Of a DNA stretch of 4,898 nt, positions 1 through 4,703 are shown piece after piece. The first letter of the stretch is position 1; each line of letters begins with the position of its first letter. Source of the stretch: a virus (taxonomy: Duplodnaviria; Heunggongvirae; Uroviricota; Caudoviricetes). The notes beneath the pieces were generated by a model. The model worked only from the letters and a program-made list of their open reading frames with translations, ran no database searches and was not told where the DNA came from. The DNA lies in IMG/VR virus record IMGVR_UViG_2778261453_000012, one strand, 5' to 3'. A program made the position numbers and the translations under genes.

Positions 1-584
1 GATACTGCCTCAGGTAATGCGTCCACCACCTGATTGCAGACTGCCCACCAGGATAATTCAGCCAGCGATAATTCCCGCTCCTGCGTGCCATTCATTACAT
101 GGCGTATGACGTCAATCATCCAGGCTGTCAGATTTTGTTGAGTAAGTTGCTCAAGTGATTCGGAGGTCTGGTCGCGCAGCTGGTTGTCGCAGTGCCAGCA
201 CAACACCATTGCGCCAGCACCGTAACTGTGAATAACGGTTTCGCTGTGATGATAATCGCCGTGTGGCCACTGGCAGGATTTCACGTGACGTAATAACCAG
301 TCAGACAGTGCACCAGCGCCGCCAGCTGCACGAATCACCCGCTCATCGCTGAAAAATGGCAGCAGTGATTTATCTTCCGCCAGCGGCTGGCGAACAGTAG
401 GAACCGCTCCAGATGGCAGCGCCCGCATGTTTTTCGGTTCCGGCTCCACCAGCACCCTGCCGCGATGAAAAACTGGCAATGATTCACGACCGGGCTTAAG
501 GACCACCAGCCCGAGTTCCGGAACCAGAACAGGTCGAAGTAATACCCGCACATTACCTCCAGACGCGCTGACGGTAGCAGGCAT
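1..584 (-). CDS. Hypothetical protein, N-terminal 194 aa in window (3' end beyond left edge); contains a Cys/His cluster (C104, H108, H112, H113, C129, H131, C132), possibly Zn-binding/HNH-like; possibly the continuation of the 553..825 ORF after a frameshift
   Basis: Hand translation of the minus frame with codon at 582-584 (ATG): no TAA/TAG/TGA down to position 3. Begins MPATVSASGGNVRV..., includes ...RHVKSCQWPHGDYHHSETVIHSYGAGAMVLCWHCDNQ.... The frame is open upstream to a TGA at 636-638. Weak SD (GGA) before the ATG. Absent from the ORF track because there is no in-window stop. Confidence 0.45.
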   Translation of the reverse strand, partial: MPATVSASGGNVRVLLRPVLVPELGLVVLKPGRESLPVFHRGRVLVEPEPKNMRALPSGAVPTVRQPLAEDKSLLPFFSDERVIRAAGGAGALSDWLLRHVKSCQWPHGDYHHSETVIHSYGAGAMVLCWHCDNQLRDQTSESLEQLTQQNLTAWMIDVIRHVMNGTQERELSLAELSWWAVCNQVVDALPEAV

Positions 585-825
585 GTGTCCGTGGCAGATG
601 TGCACGAACAGGAAGATATACAGAAACGGTCCAGGTCAGACGATCAGCGTTCAGACTCCGCTCCACACGGACACCGCGACGCAGATACGCCTCTTGAAGC
701 ATATCTGCCTCATCGATCGTACAGAACAGATAGTGAAACCAGCCATACTGAGGCGCACGAAAACGCCTCCCCTGCTTAATTTCCGGGTCGGCTTCAGAAT
801 TGTGGGATTTTATGTGTTGTGTCAT
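553..825 (-). CDS. Hypothetical 90-aa protein, or the N-terminal part of a frameshifted larger gene that continues in the 1..584 frame
   Basis: ATG at 823-825 preceded by GGAG with 6-nt spacing (ccGGAGaatccgATG) and by a candidate promoter. Translation MTQHIKSHNSEADPEIKQGRRFRAPQYGWFHYLFCTIDEADMLQEAYLRRGVRV... is protein-like at the N-terminus. Confidence 0.45.
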   Translation of the reverse strand: MTQHIKSHNSEADPEIKQGRRFRAPQYGWFHYLFCTIDEADMLQEAYLRRGVRVERSLNADRLTWTVSVYLPVRAHLPRTHACYRQRVWR

Positions 826-874
826 CGGATTCTCCGGTGACAGCAGGTGTCAGTTGTTCAGGCTGACTGCGCGA

Positions 875-903
875 ATTGTAAGGCAATACGCCGGAATGTA
901 CAA
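875..903 (-). promoter_or_regulatory. Candidate sigma70 promoter for the 553..825 gene: -35 TTGTAC (903..898), 17-nt spacer, -10 TACAAT (880..875)
   Basis: Read directly on the minus strand: tTTGTACattccggcgtattgcctTACAATtcgcg. The -10 is a 5/6 match to TATAAT; it sits about 50 nt upstream of the ATG at 825. Confidence 0.35.
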
Positions 904-930
904 ACAGAAAACCCGTCAGTAAGACGGGCT
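899..930 (-). terminator. Rho-independent terminator downstream of the BOF-family gene
   Basis: Minus strand: CCCGTC-ttact-GACGGG (plus 912-928) followed immediately by TTTTCTGTTTGT. A 6-bp GC-rich stem with U-tract, 19 nt after the stop at 947. Confidence 0.6.
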
Positions 931-946
931 TAACAAGCAGGGGCGG

Positions 947-1291
947 TTACTTTAATAATTTCAGTGCCTTTACATCAACTTCAACACTGCTCAGGTCTTT
1001 ATCAATTTCACCCTCAATTCTTACTTTGTCTTTCGGAGAAACATTCTGCCCGGCCCATACGCTGTCATCAATATCCGTGACAATTGTCCCGCTATTGTCA
1101 CGAAACTCATAACGTTCATCACCCACTTTTTTAACGATGCTCCCTTCAAGGATAACCCATGCATCATCCTTCAGTTCTTTTGCCTGCGCTACTGTTGAAC
1201 GCTCTGCTTCTGGCCCCTGGAAACCACCCTGCTGTGCAAAAGCGCCAAAAGACACACCGGAAATAAGTGCTGCAATCAATACCTTTTTCAT
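947..1291 (-). CDS. YgiW/YdeI (BOF, bacterial OB-fold) family periplasmic protein, 114 aa, with N-terminal signal peptide
   Basis: MKKVLIAALISGVSFGAFA|QQGGF...: typical Sec signal with AxA cleavage site, then the QGGF start characteristic of mature BOF proteins, and a C-terminal motif ...DKVRIEGEIDKDLSSVEVDVKALKLLK. SD AGAGGA 7 nt before the ATG. Confidence 0.8.
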   Translation of the reverse strand: MKKVLIAALISGVSFGAFAQQGGFQGPEAERSTVAQAKELKDDAWVILEGSIVKKVGDERYEFRDNSGTIVTDIDDSVWAGQNVSPKDKVRIEGEIDKDLSSVEVDVKALKLLK

Positions 1292-1348
1292 TCATAGTCC
1301 TCTTTCAGAGATGAACATTCAAACAGCATTTTCAGTATGGTAAAGCGC

Positions 1349-1403
1349 GGGTGCGTTGAGGATGCCTGACACATCAGAGGTGGCGGGAGATTACTCCCCC
1401 GCC
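1349..1403 (-). promoter_or_regulatory. 3' elements of the hok transcript: fbi-like box (1349-1361, CCUCAACGCACCC on the RNA) and a 3' stem-loop (1382-1403)
   Basis: The fbi-like box is complementary to the predicted mRNA 5' end GGGUGCUUGAGG (plus 1724-1735), 12 bp with one bulged C. The stem-loop GGCGGGGGAG-uaau-CUCCCGCC lies just after the hok stop and has no U-tract, so it is not a classic terminator. Confidence 0.45.
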
Positions 1404-1410
1404 TGGTCTC

Positions 1411-1566
1411 TTACTTCTCAGATTCGTAGTCTACGAAGACAGCGACCTCCGTCTGACCGGTTCGGATTCGCACCTCGCAGAGGTCTTTCCTCGTTACCAG
1501 TGCCGTCACTATGACGGTTAAACAGATGACGATCAGGGCGATTAACATCGCCTTTTGCTGCTTCAT
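1411..1566 (-). CDS. hokD: Hok/Gef family type I toxin (51 aa small membrane toxin), closest from memory to HokD/RelF
   Basis: MKQQKAMLIALIVICLTVIVTALVTRKDLCEVRIRTGQTEVAVFVDYESEK: hydrophobic TM segment followed by the conserved TRKDLCEV.IR.G..EVA.F motif of Hok proteins. SD AAGGAG about 8 nt upstream of the ATG at 1566. Confidence 0.85.
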   Translation of the reverse strand: MKQQKAMLIALIVICLTVIVTALVTRKDLCEVRIRTGQTEVAVFVDYESEK

Positions 1567-1623
1567 AGCCTGCTTCTCCTTGCCTTTCGGCACGTAAGAG
1601 GCTAACCTACATGTGTTCAGCAT
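1411..1623 (-). CDS. Mok-like leader reading frame (70 aa), in-frame N-terminal extension of hok starting 19 codons upstream
   Basis: ATG at 1621-1623 with upstream AGG (ctgAGGctcaatccATG). Extension MLNTCRLASYVPKGKEKQA precedes the hok Met. No start codon exists in the alternative frame that is open across hok. Confidence 0.4.
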   Translation of the reverse strand: MLNTCRLASYVPKGKEKQAMKQQKAMLIALIVICLTVIVTALVTRKDLCEVRIRTGQTEVAVFVDYESEK

Positions 1624-1692
1624 GGATTGAGCCTCAGATTAATGTTAAGCGTCTTGCAGGACGCGTAATGTTAACTGGGGCTTTTCTCTATC
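1615..1692 (+). ncRNA. Candidate Sok-like antisense RNA (about 70-80 nt), antisense to the hok leader and mok start
   Basis: Plus-strand candidate promoter -35 TTGCCT (1580-1585), 17-nt spacer, -10 TAACCT (1603-1608). Downstream imperfect inverted repeat 1633-1680 (outer stem CCTCAG/CTGGGG, inner GCGTC-ttgcag-GACGC, flanked by 9-bp direct repeats TAATGTTAA) followed by CTTTTCTCT. Position and length match what is expected for Sok. The -10 is weak. Confidence 0.35.
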
Positions 1693-1770
1693 TGCCGTTG
1701 GTGTTCATGCCCGAGGCAGATAGCCTCAAGCACCCGCAGCAATTCTACTTAACTATCCTTTTCCCGCAAA
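1688..1770 (-). promoter_or_regulatory. hok promoter and 5' leader: -35 TTGCGG (1769..1764), 16-nt spacer, -10 TAGAAT (1747..1742), predicted TSS near 1735, tac-like 5' box (1735..1724), leader stem with 9-bp perfect inverted repeat (1688-1696 / 1715-1723)
   Basis: Elements read directly from the sequence. The predicted transcript 5' end GGGUGCUUGAGGCUAUCUGCC resembles my memory of the R1 hok mRNA 5' end (GGCGCUUGAGGCUUUCUGCC). Confidence 0.45.
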
Positions 1771-1856
1771 CCGTTTTTATCCCCAGCGGCAAATCGAATA
1801 CACCACCAGCGCCACCGCCATCGCAATTCCTACCGTTGTGAATGCTTCAGGCCAGG

Positions 1857-2414
1857 TCATTGATTCACCTCCTGCGGCGGTTCTGGTAGCGACATCCAGT
1901 GGGTTGCTTGCCTAAGATCATTACCCGGACTAACTGCTATACCTCCGCGCCGGAACGTGCCTCCGAGATAGCGTGCGGAATATATTAATGGCCCAGCCTC
2001 GCTATCGATATTCATCGAAATAAGCACGTTCTGGCTCTTTTCAGGCATTCGCTCAGTACAGCTTATCCAGCCATCCAGAGTTATCGGAGATCTGGTTGAC
2101 GTTTCCGAGATTTCCCGAAAATTGTTGGTTGACGAATTCTTATTTTCCCGAAAGTTTCCGGCCTGAAGCATGGCGACGCGGCAGGCGTTCCAGCCATCAG
2201 CATATGTTTTAGTTACACCGTCGAGATGGCAGGTAAGCAAATCCATTTCATCAGGCACTACCATTGCTATCGGCTCTGCTTCCAGTGATGCCAGCGCGAT
2301 ACGAAACACATTAGCCAGCAGGCTGTCTGAAGACTTGTTATCGTGCGCCGAGTCGCTCAGGAAGCCTGTGATGTATGATTTAATCTCCGCGCGTTCTCTG
2401 GTAATAGTGCTCAT
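1857..2414 (-). CDS. DUF551-type prophage protein, 185 aa (variable N-terminal domain plus C-terminal DUF551-like domain)
   Basis: C-terminal region ...DGWISCTERMPEKSQNVLISMN...ATHWMSLPEPPQEV matches the W-I-S-x-x-E-R-(L/M)-P-E ... T-H-W-M-P-L-P-E-P-P signature I recall for DUF551. ATG at 2412-2414 is one nt after the stop of the upstream gene, with AAGGA inside that gene's 3' end. Confidence 0.75.
   Translation of the reverse strand: MSTITRERAEIKSYITGFLSDSAHDNKSSDSLLANVFRIALASLEAEPIAMVVPDEMDLLTCHLDGVTKTYADGWNACRVAMLQAGNFRENKNSSTNNFREISETSTRSPITLDGWISCTERMPEKSQNVLISMNIDSEAGPLIYSARYLGGTFRRGGIAVSPGNDLRQATHWMSLPEPPQEVNQ
2094..2159 (-). repeat. Imperfect tandem duplication of a 33-bp (11-codon) unit inside the DUF551-protein gene
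   Basis: ggttgacg at 2094-2101 and again at 2127-2134; tttcccgaaa at 2111-2120 and 2144-2153. Protein-level repeat NFRENKNSSTN / NFREISETSTR in the inter-domain linker. Confidence 0.55.
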
Positions 2415-2415
2415 A

Positions 2416-2634
2416 TCAGTTTTCCTTATACGGATTAATTTTATTGTGCAGTGCGCTGAATGATTCCCATGTCACATCGGTATATAGCTCAATAACTGGT
2501 TCAAATGTCCTTCCAATTATCCAGACCAGTAATAGCGGGGATATCGGTATCATCAACACTATAAACAGAATGAAAAACAGAAACTCTGTTGTTCTGCTCT
2601 TTCGTGGGTAATTTTTTTCTAAATAATGTTTCAT
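2416..2634 (-). CDS. Small hydrophobic membrane protein, 72 aa, function unknown
   Basis: MKHYLEKNYPRKSRTTEFLFFILFIVLMIPISPLLLVWIIGRTF...: basic N-terminus followed by a ~25-residue hydrophobic segment. Sits in an AT-rich islet (about 36% GC by eye) and is translationally coupled to the downstream DUF551 gene. Confidence 0.6.
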   Translation of the reverse strand: MKHYLEKNYPRKSRTTEFLFFILFIVLMIPISPLLLVWIIGRTFEPVIELYTDVTWESFSALHNKINPYKEN

Positions 2635-2640
2635 TTCTTA

Positions 2641-2662
2641 CCGCCCTTTCGGGCGGCCTCCT
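2641..2662 (-). promoter_or_regulatory. Structured translation-initiation region: perfect SD AGGAGG (2662..2657) separated from the ATG (2634) by a 6-bp GC stem with GAAA tetraloop (2656..2641)
   Basis: Minus strand: catcAGGAGG-CCGCCC-GAAA-GGGCGG-taagaaATG. The SD is 22 nt from the ATG in linear sequence, about 6 nt if the hairpin is folded. No U-tract on either strand, so not a terminator. Confidence 0.4.
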
Positions 2663-2761
2663 GATGTTCTGAGGGTGCAGGAATCCCTCCGGTTAAGGAT
2701 TTAATAAAAATCGTTTCTGATTTAAATCTTCAGTATTTAGTTGTTAGTTGGTTTATCGCCT

Positions 2762-3073
2762 TTATGCTTCAGCCTTATTTCGCAACCAGACACAAACCGG
2801 GCCATCTTCCGTATCATGAATGGAACCAATAAACCAGCCATCGCCCTCTGGTCGTTCCGGTTCCCATGCAGAAATATCAGCATCACACGCATCAAGGTCA
2901 GCACATCCTTCATCTCTGAAGCAGAGGACGTATTGAAGATTATTTTCCTCCATCCAGGCGTTAAACTCTTCCGTTGAAATATATTCCCGACCATCACAGA
3001 ATTTTTCATATTCAGGATGTGTCCAGTAGCCATATCCGTCACGAACTACCGGCATTTCTTTAATTTCACTCAC
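2762..3073 (-). CDS. Hypothetical acidic protein, 103 aa
   Basis: GTG start at 3071-3073 preceded by perfect SD (gcAGGAGGttaacaGTG); overlaps the upstream stop by 8 nt. Sequence VSEIKEMPVVRDGYGYWTHPEYEKFCDGREY... is D/E-rich. An internal ATG at 3053-3055 is an alternative start. Confidence 0.65.
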   Translation of the reverse strand: MSEIKEMPVVRDGYGYWTHPEYEKFCDGREYISTEEFNAWMEENNLQYVLCFRDEGCADLDACDADISAWEPERPEGDGWFIGSIHDTEDGPVCVWLRNKAEA

Positions 3074-3293
3074 TGTTAACCTCCTGCAACGCTACACGAT
3101 ACGCCTTCTTTATCCACGCCTTACTGCCATATAATTTCGTCTTCATAATAAACACACCTGCACGACTCGCCGATATCCCCGGACAGGTTAACAGCACAGC
3201 ATCCACCACACGGTTATGCTTCCGAAACTCCATTACAGTACTGCTGATAACCACCTGCCCCACCGGGCCGTAATCCTGATACAGGATTTTCAC
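3066..3293 (-). CDS. Hypothetical protein, 75 aa
   Basis: GTG start at 3291-3293 preceded by AGGAGG with 8-nt spacing; start overlaps the upstream TGA (GTGA overlap), indicating translational coupling. Confidence 0.55.
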   Translation of the reverse strand: MKILYQDYGPVGQVVISSTVMEFRKHNRVVDAVLLTCPGISASRAGVFIMKTKLYGSKAWIKKAYRVALQEVNSE

Positions 3294-3571
3294 GCAGACA
3301 CCCTCCTGTCGAAATAAACGTAGTTATTCACTATGCGCAGCGGCATGCCTAATTTTCTGGCAATTTCCCTTCTTTGCATGCCTCTCTGATGCAGTTGCCG
3401 CGCCAGCTCAATATCACGCTGAGAATATTTTGCCAACGGGTGAAAATCACCACGTAACATCATGCTGATGCCCAGCTCCCGTGCCTTCGTTCTCACTGCC
3501 GCTTCAGTTCGTCCGATAAGTGCGCCAACGCTTTTTACCTTCATCGTTCCCGCACACTGCCGGAGTATCAT
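3290..3571 (-). CDS. Putative helix-turn-helix DNA-binding protein, about 85-93 aa (start ambiguous: ATG 3571 or ATG 3544)
   Basis: Two HTH-like segments: KSVGALIGRTEAAVRTKARELGIS and YSQRDIELARQLHQRGMQRREIARKLGMPLRIV. The track's longer form begins with GTG at 3694 inside the upstream gene; I prefer an internal ATG downstream of the upstream stop at 3604. Confidence 0.55.
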   Translation of the reverse strand: MILRQCAGTMKVKSVGALIGRTEAAVRTKARELGISMMLRGDFHPLAKYSQRDIELARQLHQRGMQRREIARKLGMPLRIVNNYVYFDRRVSA

Positions 3572-3603
3572 GATTTCCGCCCGGCACCACGTCTTCCACC
3601 CAC

Positions 3604-4266
3604 TCACCGCTGCTGTTCTCTGGTGGCGGTAATATCCCGGAGAATATCCCGGCACTTGTTCAGCTCCCGCAGCGCGGCGCAGACTCGCTCCCACTTCTGA
3701 ACCTGACCTTTTGCCCGGCGCAGCTCGCGGTTAGCCACATGCAGCGATGGTAAAATCAGACCATCCGGATGCTTTCTGGTGAACGACGGCTGTGACTGCA
3801 CTGTGACCGCCACACTTTCCGTTTTTATTTCTTCCTGTGTTTCCGCTTCCCCGACTGGTAACGCAACACCTGCTGGCTGAGGAAAGGCTTTACCATCCGT
3901 TTCCGTTATGGATGCGGCTTTCGGCTCTGCCGGTAAATCAGCGCCCGGTATGCAGTACCGAAATTTACCGCCCTGATTCACGCGAATCAGACGCCCTTTG
4001 CTGATTGCCATGGCCAGTGATGAATTCGCCCGGCGGGAGGTAATCCCGAACATCAGTGCCAGCTCATCCGCCGTTTGTGGGCCATGATGTTCAATCGCCT
4101 CAGTCAGCATTTGCGCTGTCACTTTCGGTACCGGTGACACTGGTTCACTTTCACCAGCCTGAATCAGCCACCACATCGAACCCTTGTTATCCGCTTCACC
4201 ACGGCGCTTCAGTTTCCACAGTTCGTTGACAGCATCTTCGCGGCTGATTCCAAGGCGCGATGCCAC
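3604..4266 (-). CDS. Hypothetical winged-helix-like DNA-binding protein, 220 aa (start uncertain: GTG 4266 overlapping the DnaC-like stop, or internal ATG near 4176 with AAGG SD)
   Basis: Segments [21 protein letters not shown] and [39 protein letters not shown] look like winged-helix motifs; the C-terminus is charged and helical-looking ([31 protein letters not shown]). Confidence 0.6.
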   Translation of the reverse strand: MASRLGISREDAVNELWKLKRRGEADNKGSMWWLIQAGESEPVSPVPKVTAQMLTEAIEHHGPQTADELALMFGITSRRANSSLAMAISKGRLIRVNQGGKFRYCIPGADLPAEPKAASITETDGKAFPQPAGVALPVGEAETQEEIKTESVAVTVQSQPSFTRKHPDGLILPSLHVANRELRRAKGQVQKWERVCAALRELNKCRDILRDITATREQQR

Positions 4267-4697
4267 TACACGCTCATGACATCAGACACGGTGACGATAA
4301 TCACGCTGCGCCCCTTCGCCATCAGCCGGTTACCCATCGCCGCTGCAAGGTGATTTTTCCCGGTGCCGGTTTTACCGCTGAACACAAAATTCGTGCACCC
4401 GGTCATCAGTTCGTCAGCTATGGATTTGGCCTGGCTCAGCGCGTATTTTTGCCCGTCGTTCTGCACCTGATAATTCGCAAACGAGCATTTGCTGTGCAGA
4501 GGCTGGATGCCCGAACGATTCAGGATTTTTTCCACCCGCAACTGGTGATTCTGGCGGTTAATCTCCTCGCTGCGTTTTCGTCCTTCAACAAGTTGCCATT
4601 CCCGCCACTCCTCCACCGTCCGGTACGGTGGAACCGACGCCTGTGGTGCAAGTCTGCGAATACGTTCAAGAACCCCGGCTGCCGCAATGTTTTTCAT
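4266..4697 (-). CDS. DnaC-family replicative helicase loader homologue, truncated: 143 aa covering the N-terminal region and Walker A only
   Basis: ...[73 protein letters not shown] aligns to E. coli DnaC (NCSFENY...[18 protein letters not shown]...GKSVLIITVADIMSAM) as I remember it. The ORF ends with TAG where DnaC continues about 100 more residues (Walker B DLLVIDE absent). SD AGGGGG upstream. Confidence 0.75.
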   Translation of the reverse strand: MKNIAAAGVLERIRRLAPQASVPPYRTVEEWREWQLVEGRKRSEEINRQNHQLRVEKILNRSGIQPLHSKCSFANYQVQNDGQKYALSQAKSIADELMTGCTNFVFSGKTGTGKNHLAAAMGNRLMAKGRSVIIVTVSDVMSV

Positions 4698-4703
4698 GCC
4701 ACA

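Noticed and set aside
335-553. Minus-strand ORF 335..553 (72 aa)
   Set aside because: Trp/Cys-rich (MCGYYFDLFWFRNSGWW...), typical of an out-of-frame read; fully overlapped by the long open frame 1..584.
1-600. Initial impression that the left-edge gene was a lambdoid Ser/Thr phosphatase (PP1-like)
   Set aside because: The hand translation shows none of the GDxHG / GDxxDRG / GNHE phosphoesterase motifs.
583-840. Plus-strand ORFs 583..840 (85 aa) and 585..779 (64 aa)
   Set aside because: Antisense to a minus-strand ORF that has a good RBS; no SD of their own; compositions look like reverse-frame translation.
1137-1343. Plus-strand ORF 1137..1343 (68 aa)
   Set aside because: Antisense to the well-supported BOF-family gene.
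1411-1566. Out-of-frame mok overlapping hok, as in plasmid R1
   Set aside because: The alternative frame is open across hok, but between the upstream TAG and the hok region it contains no ATG, GTG or TTG; only the in-frame ATG at 1623 is available.
1611-1841. Plus-strand ORF 1611..1841 (76 aa)
   Set aside because: Lies across the hok promoter/leader; Pro-rich low-complexity tail; the region is better explained as non-coding regulatory sequence and an antisense RNA.
2170-2463. Plus-strand ORF 2170..2463 (97 aa)
   Set aside because: Antisense to the DUF551-protein gene; no RBS.
2641-2656. GC hairpin as an intrinsic terminator
   Set aside because: No U-tract follows it on either strand; its position between SD and ATG fits a translational element better.
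2737-3042. ORFs 2737..3042 (minus, 101 aa) and 2741..2977 (plus, 78 aa)
   Set aside because: Both overlap the 2762..3073 gene, which has a perfect SD and a protein-like acidic composition; neither has a credible RBS.
3572-3694. Long form of the HTH gene starting at GTG 3694
   Set aside because: Would overlap the upstream gene by 90 nt and start with GTG without an SD; the N-terminal extension is Arg/Gly/Ala-rich junk-like sequence. Internal ATG starts preferred.
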